28,645 nucleotides of DNA from a virus (Duplodnaviria; Caudoviricetes): the IMG/VR virus record IMGVR_UViG_3300011335_000330, positions 1 to 28,645 of that record. The stretch is one strand, 5' to 3'. The translations under genes were made by a program, and so were the position numbers. This document shows, piece after piece, positions 15,351-24,419 of the stretch (positions are counted from its first letter, which is position 1; each line of letters begins with the position of its first letter). The notes beneath the pieces were generated by a model, which saw only the letters and a program-made list of their open reading frames with translations, ran no database searches and had not been told where the DNA came from.

Positions 15351-15755
15351 ATGGCTGACACAGTAACGAGTCAAAAGATTGTTGATGGTGAACGTAATTT
15401 AGTAATGAAATTTACAAACATTAGTGATGGTACTGGTGAAAGTGCTGTTACAAAGGTAGATGTTACTACACTGAGTAAAGATGCATCCGGGGCTGCATGT
15501 ACTCGTGTCACAGTGTCCAAAATTTACATTGCTACGCACGGCATGGAAGTCAGAATGTATTGGGATGCCACAACGGATGTGCCGTTCTTCCTTTCATCGG
15601 CTGGTGCTACTCAGACTCTAGACTTCTCAGGCTTTACTAGTATCCCCAACGATGCTGGTGCTGGTGTTAACGGTAACATCGTATTCAGCACTGCTGATGC
15701 TTCTGCTGGTGACAGCTATTGGTGCATCTTAGAGATGATTAAAGGGTATACGTAA
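15351..15755 (+). CDS. Conserved hypothetical (probable virion) protein, 134 aa
   Basis: MADTVTSQ...KFTNISDGTGESAVTKVDV pattern, which I recognise from aquatic phages. AGGAG RBS; beta-rich. Confidence 0.8.
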   Translation: MADTVTSQKIVDGERNLVMKFTNISDGTGESAVTKVDVTTLSKDASGAACTRVTVSKIYIATHGMEVRMYWDATTDVPFFLSSAGATQTLDFSGFTSIPNDAGAGVNGNIVFSTADASAGDSYWCILEMIKGYT

Positions 15756-15943
15756 TGCCAAAAGCCAAGGCTAGTGGAGTAAATGTTTCTGGCAACTACA
15801 CTAAGCCAGGGCTTCGTAAGCGTATTTTCAACAGCGTTAAGGCAGCAGCAGTTCAAGGTACAGGTGCTGGGCAGTGGTCAGCAAGGAAAGCCCAGCTAGT
15901 GGCTAAACGCTACAAGGCTGCTGGCGGGGGGTATAAAAATTGA
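15755..15943 (+). CDS. Small basic protein, 62 aa (GQWSARKAQ...GGGY family)
   Basis: NYTKPGLRKR...GQWSARKAQLVAKRYKAAGGGY; TAATG coupling. Confidence 0.75.
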   Translation: MPKAKASGVNVSGNYTKPGLRKRIFNSVKAAAVQGTGAGQWSARKAQLVAKRYKAAGGGYKN

Positions 15944-16173
15944 AAGCACCACAGCAGTCCCTAAAAGACTGGGGTACCCAGAAGTGGCGTACCAAGTCTG
16001 GTAAACCTTCATCAAAGACAGGTGAGAGGTATCTTCCAGAGAAGGCAATCAAGTCCTTAACCTCTGCTGAGTACGCCGCTACCACCAGGGCTAAGCGGAA
16101 AGGTAGGGCAGCAGGTAAGCAGTTCGTAGCCCAACCTAAGAGCATAGCTAGAAAAACAGCGGGGTACAGGTAA
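15940..16173 (+). CDS. Small basic protein, 77 aa (DUF5872-like)
   Basis: QQSLKDW..QKWRT...GERYLPEKA...GKQFVAQP. TTG start overlaps the upstream TGA. Confidence 0.72.
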   Translation: MKAPQQSLKDWGTQKWRTKSGKPSSKTGERYLPEKAIKSLTSAEYAATTRAKRKGRAAGKQFVAQPKSIARKTAGYR

Positions 16174-16352
16174 TGGCTAAAGGTAACTGGATTGCTGCTG
16201 CTACCAAGAACAAAGGTGGTCTACACCGTAGTCTTGGTGTACCTATGGGTAAAAAGATCCCTGCTTCTAAAATTGCTGCTGCTGCTTCTAAAGGCGGCAA
16301 AGTAGGCAAACAAGCTAGGCTGGCTCAAACTCTTAAAGGTTTTAGGAAGTAG
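16173..16352 (+). CDS. Small basic conserved phage protein, 59 aa
   Basis: Not in the ORF track. MAKGNWIAAATKNKGGLHRSLGVPMGKKIPASK...QARLAQTLKGFRK; TAATG coupling. Confidence 0.8.
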   Translation: MAKGNWIAAATKNKGGLHRSLGVPMGKKIPASKIAAAASKGGKVGKQARLAQTLKGFRK

Positions 16353-16355
16353 GCC

Positions 16356-16742
16356 ATGCCACTACCTGACTATCATCCTATACCTGATGTGGCGCACTTC
16401 TCAATGCCTTGGTCTCCTCTTCCAGAGAAAGACCCTAGCTCTTATCGTCAAGATGGCAGTGTAAAGGGGCCAGGTTGGTTGGGCCCATATAAGAATCCAA
16501 AGGGCCAAATGGTGACTGAATACTCCTTAGGAGTAGAGTTAGATGGCAAAGAGTTGGATATACCCAGCCTTGTTCCTGGACTAACACCTCAAGAGATACG
16601 AGAAGTAGTTCTTGGTAGGGTATCAAAGTCGGTAACGGATAAAGCTATTGCTCACGCAAGGCAACGGATAAAAGAAAATAAGTCGGTCTGGGCAGATGAG
16701 AACGACTATAAGAAATTCATGTCTCCCCCCAAGGGTAAGTAA
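16356..16742 (+). CDS. Conserved hypothetical phage protein, 128 aa
   Basis: RQDGSVKGPGWLG...TEYSLGV...IPSLVP...KAIAHARQR; lies within the operon. Confidence 0.75.
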   Translation: MPLPDYHPIPDVAHFSMPWSPLPEKDPSSYRQDGSVKGPGWLGPYKNPKGQMVTEYSLGVELDGKELDIPSLVPGLTPQEIREVVLGRVSKSVTDKAIAHARQRIKENKSVWADENDYKKFMSPPKGK

Positions 16743-16768
16743 TAGGAAGTGGGGAAGAACTGGATAGT

Positions 16769-16782
16769 TGTTATTAGTAACA
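16769..16782. promoter_or_regulatory. Palindromic operator-like site TGTTATTAGTAACA
   Basis: Exact copy in the intergenic gap upstream of the 16807 ORF and terL. Confidence 0.65.
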
Positions 16783-16806
16783 TTAACCCTTAATTAGGAA
16801 CACAAC

Positions 16807-16944
16807 ATGGCTAAGATGACGATGAAGAAACACCCCGATGAAAAAGAAGACAAAGCTCTTATTAAAAAAATGATAAAGGCTTCTGCTTCAAAGAAACCAA
16901 TGGCTTCTAAAGCAAAGCCCAAAATGGCTAAAAGGGGCTACTAA
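16807..16944 (+). CDS. Small Lys-rich protein, 45 aa
   Basis: Not in the ORF track. MAKMTMKKHPDEKEDKALIKKMIKASASKKPMASKAKPKMAKRGY, with AGGA RBS. Confidence 0.72.
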   Translation: MAKMTMKKHPDEKEDKALIKKMIKASASKKPMASKAKPKMAKRGY

Positions 16945-16953
16945 GCCGCTAAT

Positions 16954-18480
16954 ATGGCTGAAAGCCGCTTATCCGCAGAGGTTCTTGAAGGTTTTGTAAA
17001 CAGCGTACTTCGCAAGAACTTTGATGACCCTGCGGATAATGCCGAGTTTCACAGAGAGATTTGGCAACTAATCTGTTCTGATAGTACCAAGGTAGCTATA
17101 GCAGCCCCTCGTAACCACGCTAAGAGCACCGTAGTAACTCATGCCTACGTACTGGCTTCAGTCCTGTTCAGGGAACAGTCCTACGTAATAATTGCCTCGG
17201 ATACTGTAGGGCAATCTGTTCAGTTTCTTGGGGATATAAAGAAGGAGTTAATGGAAAATGACGATCTCAGGAATCTGTTCGGGGTTAAAGAGTTCATTAA
17301 AGACACTGAAGACGACCTTATCTGCAACATGGATGACGGTCATCTCTTTCGTATCCAGGCTAAAGGATCGGAACAAAAGCTAAGGGGTTTAAAGTGGAAG
17401 AACCGTAGGCCGGGTCTCATTGTCGGTGACGACATGGAGAACGATGAGATTGTAATGAACCGAGACAGGCGGCTTAAGTTCAAGCGGTGGTTTTATGGGG
17501 CCCTGCTCCCAGCCCTGTCAGACAAGGGCAAGATACGCTTGGTAGGTACCATTCTCCACCTGGATAGCCTTCTTGAGAACCTGATGCCTGGTAGCCTCCT
17601 TAGGAACGTCAGGAACGGACACAAGTACCTAGTCCGTGAAGACCTCAAGGAGTACACAGACATGAGGCTTTCCTGGAAGTCTGTTAAGTACCGAGCCCAC
17701 ACCGACGACTTCAAGAAGATCCTTTGGCCTCAAAAGAAGTCAGCAGAGGCCTTTAAAGCCCTGAAAGAAGACTACGCTAGGCAAGGATTGTCTGATGTCT
17801 ACAGCCAGGAGATGCTTAACGTTCCTGTAGATGAGACTGATACCTTCTTTAAACAGCAGGACTTCTTTGCTATGAAGGTAGAAGACAAAAAGAAAAAGCT
17901 GCTTTACTACATCACCTGTGATCTGGCTGTGTCCCAGTCCCAGAAGGCTGACTACTCAGCTTTCTGTGTGGCTGGTACGGATGATGAGGGTAAATTGCAC
18001 CTAGTTCATGTTCTAAAGGAGAGGCTTGACTCTTTACAAATTGTGGATACTATGCTGGCTTTACAGCGTATCTATAAGCCGGTACTCTTCGGCATTGAAA
18101 AGGGTGTCATTCAGAAGTCTATTGGGCCATATCTCAATGAGGCCATGCAAAAACGCAACGAGTATCTCAGCACAGCTTTATTGGCTCCTTCTGCTGACAA
18201 ACTAACTCGTGCAAGAAGCATACAGGCCAGGATGAGAGCAGGTGCGGTTAGGTTCGATAAAGATGCTGATTGGTACCAGCCTTTTGAAGACGAGCTAATG
18301 AAGTTCCCACGGGACAGACATGATGACCAGGTAGATGCCTGGGCATACATGGGTCTTATGTTAGATAAGATGTGGGAAGCTCCTACTGAAAAGGAGGACG
18401 AAGACGAAGAGTACCGACTTATGGTACGCAAGTTTAAAACCGACGACATGGTTGGTAGAAGTCCTACTACAGGGTATTAG
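16954..18480 (+). CDS. terL: Terminase large subunit
   Basis: Walker A APRNHAKST, Walker B IVGDDMEND, coupling motif VGT, and nuclease motifs CDLA, DYSA and HDDQVDA. Confidence 0.95.
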   Translation: MAESRLSAEVLEGFVNSVLRKNFDDPADNAEFHREIWQLICSDSTKVAIAAPRNHAKSTVVTHAYVLASVLFREQSYVIIASDTVGQSVQFLGDIKKELMENDDLRNLFGVKEFIKDTEDDLICNMDDGHLFRIQAKGSEQKLRGLKWKNRRPGLIVGDDMENDEIVMNRDRRLKFKRWFYGALLPALSDKGKIRLVGTILHLDSLLENLMPGSLLRNVRNGHKYLVREDLKEYTDMRLSWKSVKYRAHTDDFKKILWPQKKSAEAFKALKEDYARQGLSDVYSQEMLNVPVDETDTFFKQQDFFAMKVEDKKKKLLYYITCDLAVSQSQKADYSAFCVAGTDDEGKLHLVHVLKERLDSLQIVDTMLALQRIYKPVLFGIEKGVIQKSIGPYLNEAMQKRNEYLSTALLAPSADKLTRARSIQARMRAGAVRFDKDADWYQPFEDELMKFPRDRHDDQVDAWAYMGLMLDKMWEAPTEKEDEDEEYRLMVRKFKTDDMVGRSPTTGY

Positions 18481-18485
18481 AGTCT

Positions 18486-20588
18486 ATGGAACACAAGTAC
18501 AGTCTTAAAACAGATGATCTGATCTACGAACCAAACATCGCAGATCTTCTCTCAGATGACCAGTTAATTACAATTGGTATGGAAGTAGTCAGGCAATTTG
18601 AGGCAGACGTAACTAGTCGCCAATCCTGGGAGAAGAAGATGGAGTCCAGCATGAAGCTGGCTCTGCAAGTCTCAGAAGCCAAAAACTTTCCTTGGCCCAA
18701 TGCCAGCAACATCAAGTTCCCCCTCATTACCATAGCTGCTCTCCAGTATCACGCTAGAGCCTATCCCACTCTCATCAATGGAGACACTCCGGTTAAGTGT
18801 CGGGTGATTGGGGAAGATACTGATGGAGAAAAGACTAGCCGTGCGGAACGTATTGAAACGCACATGAGCTACCAGATTCTTGAGGAAGATGAGGCTTGGG
18901 AGTCTGAGATGGATAAGGCTCTCATTACTCAACCAATCATAGGTTGTGCCTTCAAGAAGAGTATGTTTGATCCTATCAGGGGTCGTAATGTCAGTGAAAA
19001 CGTCTTAGCTAAGGATCTGGTAGTTAACTACTGGACTAAGACGCTAGACACAGCACCCCGTATTACCCACATTTTGTACTACAGCAAAAATGATATTTAT
19101 GAGCGTGTAGTACGAGGTCTCTGGAAAGATGTGGGTGTTGAGAGGCCCACTAACACAACAAACAGTGGAGAATCAAGGACTCTATCTTCAGCTACTATAC
19201 GAGCCCAAGGGTCTACTCCCCCTGAAGCAACTGACCCCAGTACTCCCTACGAGATACTAGAGCAGCACCGCTACTATGACTTTGACGGTGATGGCTATGA
19301 AGAACCCTACATTGTGTACGTACGTAGAGACAATAAGCAGGTAGCTCGTATTGTAGCTAGATACTTTGAGAGCAGTATCCAGCGCAACGAGAAGGATGTA
19401 ATTCTTAACATAACGCCTGAGCACTGCTTTACCAAGTACCCATTCATTCCTTCACCAGATGGAGGCTTCTATGACCTTGGTTTTGGTGTCCTTCTTGGGC
19501 CGCTTAACGAGTCGATTAACACCCTTATCAACCAGCTTGTTGACGCAGGAACAATGTCAGTTACAGCAGGTGGATTCCTTAGTAGAGGAATTAAGGTCAG
19601 GGGTGGAAACTATTCGTTTACTCCTCTTGAATGGAAGCATGTCGACTCAACAGGCGACGACCTTAAAAAAGGAATTCTACCGCTGCCTGTTAGAGAACCT
19701 TCACAAGTCCTCTTCACCCTCCTTAGCCTCCTTATCAACTATGGAGAACGTACGGGTGGAGCAGTAGACATTCTTGTAGGACAAAGCCCAGGCCAGAACA
19801 CTCCTGCCGAGACCAGCCGCACAGTGGCTGAAGAGGGCAAGAAGGTGTTCAATGGAATATTTAAACGTACTTACCGATCTCTTAAGCAGGAGTTCCGTAA
19901 GCTCTACCGACTTAACCAGTTGCACATTACCGAGAACATGACTTTCATAACAGAAGCTACGGATAAGGGCGTAATTCTGGTTAAGGACTATGAAGGGGAT
20001 TCTAGCGACGTAAGACCGTCTGCTGATCCTAGTATCACCTCTGACTCCCTACGGCTCCAACAGGCTATGGCAATGCAAGCCTCAGCTAAAGAAGCTCCAG
20101 GGATGTACAACCGTTATGAAGTTGAGAAGCGGTTTCTTAAGGCTATCAGAATACCTGACATTGATCTTTTGTTGCCTGATCCTAATGGCCCAAATAAGAT
20201 TGAGCAACAACCTAATCTCAAACTTCAAATAGAAGAATTGAAAGCCAAAACCAAACAAGCTGAAATTGACTTGAACATGAAGCTCGGTCTCTTGAAGCTT
20301 ATGAAAGAGGCTGAAGTAGCTCAAGCTAAGATTCGTAGATTGGAAGCAGAGGCCAAGGTACTAGAGATTGAAGCAGGTACCGTCCAAAGCAAACAGAAGA
20401 TTAATGAGATTAATACCTCCATTGCTCTAGAAAGAGAGCGTAGAGAAAGCACGCTACAAAGTATTGAAACTATGACTAGAGCCTTTGATATGATGAAAGG
20501 CAACGATCAGTTTCAACAGCAAGGTCAAATGCAACAAGAACAGCAAATGCCTCCACAAATGGATATGCCACAACAGCCTATGGAATAA
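18486..20588 (+). CDS. Portal protein (P22-like, with C-terminal coiled-coil barrel)
   Basis: 700 aa, directly after TerL. Motifs PWPNAS, FIPSPDGGFYDLG and QLVDAGT; long helical C-terminus. Confidence 0.9.
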   Translation: MEHKYSLKTDDLIYEPNIADLLSDDQLITIGMEVVRQFEADVTSRQSWEKKMESSMKLALQVSEAKNFPWPNASNIKFPLITIAALQYHARAYPTLINGDTPVKCRVIGEDTDGEKTSRAERIETHMSYQILEEDEAWESEMDKALITQPIIGCAFKKSMFDPIRGRNVSENVLAKDLVVNYWTKTLDTAPRITHILYYSKNDIYERVVRGLWKDVGVERPTNTTNSGESRTLSSATIRAQGSTPPEATDPSTPYEILEQHRYYDFDGDGYEEPYIVYVRRDNKQVARIVARYFESSIQRNEKDVILNITPEHCFTKYPFIPSPDGGFYDLGFGVLLGPLNESINTLINQLVDAGTMSVTAGGFLSRGIKVRGGNYSFTPLEWKHVDSTGDDLKKGILPLPVREPSQVLFTLLSLLINYGERTGGAVDILVGQSPGQNTPAETSRTVAEEGKKVFNGIFKRTYRSLKQEFRKLYRLNQLHITENMTFITEATDKGVILVKDYEGDSSDVRPSADPSITSDSLRLQQAMAMQASAKEAPGMYNRYEVEKRFLKAIRIPDIDLLLPDPNGPNKIEQQPNLKLQIEELKAKTKQAEIDLNMKLGLLKLMKEAEVAQAKIRRLEAEAKVLEIEAGTVQSKQKINEINTSIALERERRESTLQSIETMTRAFDMMKGNDQFQQQGQMQQEQQMPPQMDMPQQPME

Positions 20589-20596
20589 CTTGAACT

Positions 20597-20857
20597 ATGA
20601 ACGTACCAGTTACGCAACAAGATTTTGAGGAGTGGTTAACCATTCCAGCAACAAAGAAGTTTTTTAAGAAGATCAGGGACGAGCGCGAACAGATGAAGGA
20701 AGGTTTGATAAATGATGTTTACGAGCGCCCTGAAGTAGTAAAAGGCATGTGCAAAGCTATTGCACTAATTTTAAACATTGAGTACGAGGATCTACATGAG
20801 CAACAGTTCGACAAGCGGAATCAATCCAGTGGGCCACAGGATTCTCTTGCTGCCTAG
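20597..20857 (+). CDS. Hypothetical protein, 86 aa
   Basis: Small helical ORF between portal and GroES. Confidence 0.7.
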   Translation: MNVPVTQQDFEEWLTIPATKKFFKKIRDEREQMKEGLINDVYERPEVVKGMCKAIALILNIEYEDLHEQQFDKRNQSSGPQDSLAA

Positions 20858-21158
20858 AGAGATAGCAGAAAAGACTACTAGCGGTATCATCATTGCTACA
20901 GATTCAATGAGAGAGCGGGAACAGATGTCTAATACCACAGGCGTAGTTGTGTCTATGGGAGATAGCTGTTACGACGATATGAGCACCCCTTGGTGCAAGG
21001 TTGGAGATAAGGTAGCGTTTGCCAAGTACGCTGGGCTCCTTTACCAGGGTAAGGATGGCGTTAAATACAGGATGGTTAATGATGGAGACATCACTGCTGT
21101 TCTAGATTCTGACGTTGAGTTAGTAGATCCCTATCTGGTTACAAAGAAAAGCACCTAG
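20796..21158 (+). CDS. groES: Co-chaperonin GroES (Cpn10)-like protein
   Basis: INPVGHRILL, mobile loop EKTTSGIII, GVVVSMG, KVGDKVAFAKYAG and DGDI. Start moved to ATG 20796 (GAGGA RBS). Confidence 0.9.
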   Translation: MSNSSTSGINPVGHRILLLPREIAEKTTSGIIIATDSMREREQMSNTTGVVVSMGDSCYDDMSTPWCKVGDKVAFAKYAGLLYQGKDGVKYRMVNDGDITAVLDSDVELVDPYLVTKKST

Positions 21159-21184
21159 TTGACTAAGCAAATTTTAAGGAGTAT

Positions 21185-22033
21185 ATGATGACGGAAGAAA
21201 GCAAAGAAGCTTCTGGGGCAGAGAATACTGAACAGGCTGATGAAAAGGTAGTTCAGGAAGCTGTGTCACAGGGATGGGTCTCCAAAGATAAGTATCGTGG
21301 TGACGAAAAGGACTGGGTAAGTGCCGAGACCTTTGTTAAGCGGGGTAGAGAGATTCTTCCAATACTCAGGAAGAATAACGAGAACCTACTCAAAGAGCTT
21401 AACCAGACCAAGGAGAACCTGAAAGAATTCAAACAAGCAGCAGATGAATTCAAAAAGTTTCAAAAAGATTCATACGAACGCAAAGCTAAGGATTTAGAAG
21501 CACAGGTTGAGCAACTAAAGGATGCCCGTGCTGAGGCCATCAGTAATGGTGATGGTAAGAGAGTTAACGCCCTTGATGAGGCAATTGATAGCGTCAAGGA
21601 AGAAGCTAAGGTAGCTAAAGACGAAGGTGCTAAAGTAACTGCTAAACCTACGCCTAATATAACTAGCACAGTAGATCCCAATCTCCAACATTGGTTAGAT
21701 AGAAATCCTTGGTTTGGCAAAGATAAGCGGCAAACAGGAATAGCTAACTCTCTTGGTGAGGCTCTTAGAGAAGAGCAACCCCACCTTAGAGGCGAAGCGT
21801 TTCTAAGTAAGCTTGATGAAGTATTGGCTGAAGAGCTTCCACAAAGGTTTGGTAAACGTACTCCCAACTACACTGCTGAGTCAGGTAGTAACAGGGAGAG
21901 ACCTGGTGGAAACAACGGCAAGAGGTCTTACAGTGATCTCCCTCCTGAAGCTAAAGCTGCTTGTGATAGGTTTGTTAAACAAAAGTTGATGACTAAAGAA
22001 ACGTACGTGTCTGAGTACGATTGGTCTAACTAA
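21185..22033 (+). CDS. Putative capsid scaffolding protein
   Basis: Charged coiled-coil protein with WLDRNPWFG, located between the portal and capsid genes. AAGGAG RBS. Confidence 0.7.
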   Translation: MMTEESKEASGAENTEQADEKVVQEAVSQGWVSKDKYRGDEKDWVSAETFVKRGREILPILRKNNENLLKELNQTKENLKEFKQAADEFKKFQKDSYERKAKDLEAQVEQLKDARAEAISNGDGKRVNALDEAIDSVKEEAKVAKDEGAKVTAKPTPNITSTVDPNLQHWLDRNPWFGKDKRQTGIANSLGEALREEQPHLRGEAFLSKLDEVLAEELPQRFGKRTPNYTAESGSNRERPGGNNGKRSYSDLPPEAKAACDRFVKQKLMTKETYVSEYDWSN

Positions 22034-22055
22034 GAGAGATAAAGGAAGAACTACT

Positions 22056-22568
22056 ATGGCTCGCGCAAAAACACCAGAAGAGAAACGTAATGACTCTATT
22101 GAAACACTTGCTCAAGCACAAAAACCGCTTGCGCCTACTCCAAGTGCTGACGGTGCAGTTCGCCGTAAACGTGGAGTGTTCAACGGAACTAAGGGTAAGC
22201 TGTCAGTAGATACAAATCTTCCAGGTTATCATTTGCACATAATGAATGATGACAAGACAAGGATTCAAGATGCACTGGATAACGGATACGTCTTCGTTAA
22301 ACCAGAAGAAGTTGAGGGTCTATCGGATAATGTAGTTGCCAAAAATGGCGACTTAGGAGATAGCAGGATACGGTTCTTGGTCGGCTCTAGAGATAAAGGC
22401 GAACCAATGTACGGGTACCTGATGAAGATTCGGCAAGAATGGTACGAGGAAGATCAAGCCGAGCTTCAGGCAAAAAACGATAAGATTGATACAGCCATTA
22501 GGACAGGTAAGATCACTGGTAGTGATCCTATGTTGTATGTTCCTAAGGACGGTATCAAACTTTCTTAA
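22056..22568 (+). CDS. Conserved head-module hypothetical protein, 170 aa
   Basis: PGYHLH..ND...GYVFV...LMKI..EWYEED pattern; lies between the scaffold and capsid genes. Confidence 0.75.
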   Translation: MARAKTPEEKRNDSIETLAQAQKPLAPTPSADGAVRRKRGVFNGTKGKLSVDTNLPGYHLHIMNDDKTRIQDALDNGYVFVKPEEVEGLSDNVVAKNGDLGDSRIRFLVGSRDKGEPMYGYLMKIRQEWYEEDQAELQAKNDKIDTAIRTGKITGSDPMLYVPKDGIKLS

Positions 22569-22591
22569 ACCTCAATTTGGAGTAATTTAAT

Positions 22592-23269
22592 ATGGCTAAT
22601 ACCAACAAGATTAACGGGTTCAGTCCCGTTGGCTACTTGAATGGTGCCGCCTACTCTGGTCAAGCTCGTATGTACGCAATACCCACTGCGGATACCACTG
22701 CCTCCTATGCTATTGGCGACGTTGTTCAGTCAGCCCCTGGTTCGGATGCAAATGGTATTCCGTACGTTATCAAAGTTCCGGTTGCTAATGCTTCTAACTT
22801 TGTAGCTCTTGGGGTTGTTGTAGGTGTGAGTGTGGCTGATGCTGGTGTGTCACTGGTCGGTACAACTCTTAGTCTGGAAGTTTCATACCTTGTGTCTGGT
22901 ACTCGTACTGCTGTTCGGTATGTGTATGTTGCAGATGACCCTAACTTGCTTTTTGAAGTTAGTGCAGGCACTACTGCTACGAACGTAACGCTTGCCAAAA
23001 TGCGCTATAACTCTGGCATTGCGTCAAACTATTCAGGTGCAGATCAAACCTACGCTATTAGTCAGAACACGTATTTGGCTCCGTCTTCGCCGTACTCGAA
23101 TATTGTTCTATCGAGTGCTACGATGAATACAACCAATACGCTTCCGATTCAAATGCTAGGCTTGGCCCAAAAGCCCGACAACGCGATTGGAGCTTATGCT
23201 CGAATCCTTTGCCGGTTTAATAATCACGAGTTTGGCGTTGCCACTGGCACGAACTTTACTGGTCTGTAA
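22592..23269 (+). CDS. Putative capsid decoration/cement protein
   Basis: MANTN...GFSPVG, IGDVV and VADDPNLLFEV; beta-rich; immediately upstream of the major capsid gene. Confidence 0.65.
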   Translation: MANTNKINGFSPVGYLNGAAYSGQARMYAIPTADTTASYAIGDVVQSAPGSDANGIPYVIKVPVANASNFVALGVVVGVSVADAGVSLVGTTLSLEVSYLVSGTRTAVRYVYVADDPNLLFEVSAGTTATNVTLAKMRYNSGIASNYSGADQTYAISQNTYLAPSSPYSNIVLSSATMNTTNTLPIQMLGLAQKPDNAIGAYARILCRFNNHEFGVATGTNFTGL

Positions 23270-23281
23270 GGGAAAACTATC

Positions 23282-24202
23282 ATGGCTGGAATTATCACAA
23301 CTGCTAGTCACCCTAAAGCACTTTGGCCTGGAATCAAGGCGTGGTGGGGTCAGGTCTATGACGAACACAAGACCGAATATACTGATTTGTTTGATACGGA
23401 CAACTCGCAGCAAAACTACGAGGAAGACGTTCAACTGACCAGCTTCGGTTTGGTTCCGATTAAGAACCAAGGTCAGGCTGTTACGTACGACTCAGAAGTT
23501 CAAGGCTTTGTTACCCGCTATACGCACATCGCGTATGCAATGGGTTATATTGTTACGAAAGAAGAGTTGGATGACAATCTGTATGAGACGATCTCTCGTA
23601 AACGTGCAGCAGCATTGGCAATGTCTTTCCGTCAAACGAAAGAAAACGTAGCAGCCAATATCTACAACCGTGCCTTCAACAGCACGTATAAAGGTGGTGA
23701 TGCGGTAGAGCTTTGCTCGACTAGCCATCCAAATACGACTGGTGGTACGTGGTCTAATAAACCGGCTGTAGATGCTGACTTGAGTGAAGCTTCGCTGGAA
23801 GATGCCATGATTGCGATCATGGGCTTTCAGAATGATCGTGGTCTCCTGATCTCGGTTATGCCGAAGACTTTGCACATTGCACGTAATGAAGTATTTAATG
23901 CACAGCGTATCTTGAATAGCTCTTACCAAACAGGTAGTGCTAACAACGATATTAACGTCATTAAATCTGGTAACTATCTGCCAGGTGGGTTTTGCGTTAA
24001 CCACTACTTTACCGCAGCACACGCATGGTTTATTCGTAACTCCATTCCTGGTAAATCAGGTATGAAGCACTACGAGCGTGTTGGTGTTACGTTTGACCAA
24101 GACAATGACTTTGATACCATGAACGCGAAAGCTAAGGGGTATGAGCGTTATTCGTTTGGTTGGAGTGATCCCCGTGCTGTCTACGGTAGCAACGGCCCGT
24201 AA
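23282..24202 (+). CDS. Major capsid protein (HK97 fold, Mu gpT-like family)
   Basis: 306 aa. Motifs PKALWPG, TKEELDDNLY, ALAMSFRQTKE, GGDAVELCSTSHP, DLSEASLE and ERYSFGWSDPRAVYGS. Confidence 0.9.
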   Translation: MAGIITTASHPKALWPGIKAWWGQVYDEHKTEYTDLFDTDNSQQNYEEDVQLTSFGLVPIKNQGQAVTYDSEVQGFVTRYTHIAYAMGYIVTKEELDDNLYETISRKRAAALAMSFRQTKENVAANIYNRAFNSTYKGGDAVELCSTSHPNTTGGTWSNKPAVDADLSEASLEDAMIAIMGFQNDRGLLISVMPKTLHIARNEVFNAQRILNSSYQTGSANNDINVIKSGNYLPGGFCVNHYFTAAHAWFIRNSIPGKSGMKHYERVGVTFDQDNDFDTMNAKAKGYERYSFGWSDPRAVYGSNGP

Positions 24203-24210
24203 CAATACTT

Positions 24211-24224
24211 TGTTACTAATAACA
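24211..24224. promoter_or_regulatory. Palindromic operator-like site TGTTACTAATAACA
   Basis: Begins 9 nt after the capsid stop codon. 24208-24226 is the exact reverse complement of 12752-12770 (19 bp). Confidence 0.65.
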
Positions 24225-24251
24225 CGGAGAGGAATAAACCCCTCTTCGTGT
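24222..24251 (+). other. mRNA stem-loop downstream of the capsid gene
   Basis: ACACGGAGAGG/CCTCTTCGTGT 11-bp stem with one G-U pair on the coding strand. No clear U-tract. Confidence 0.55.
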
Positions 24252-24271
24252 ATTACTCAAAGGAGAATACA

Positions 24272-24340
24272 ATGAGTTTTGAACGTGAGAAGCAAAAGGG
24301 TAAGCGTCCTACACCCTCTGTTCCCAAACGTACTAAATAG
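24272..24340 (+). CDS. Putative 22-aa basic peptide
   Basis: AAAGGAG RBS 6 nt before ATG; MSFEREKQKGKRPTPSVPKRTK. Confidence 0.5.
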   Translation: MSFEREKQKGKRPTPSVPKRTK

Positions 24341-24419
24341 TACAACACTCTAATGATGATGCTATCTATTTTAGGTAGTGTTGTTTGTGTAACACATATA
24401 TCAACAAAGGAGAATTAAA

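Noticed and set aside
21159-21189. Sigma70 promoter TTGACT-N17-TATATG
   Set aside because: The -10 lacks the conserved final T and overlaps the RBS and start codon of the scaffold gene.
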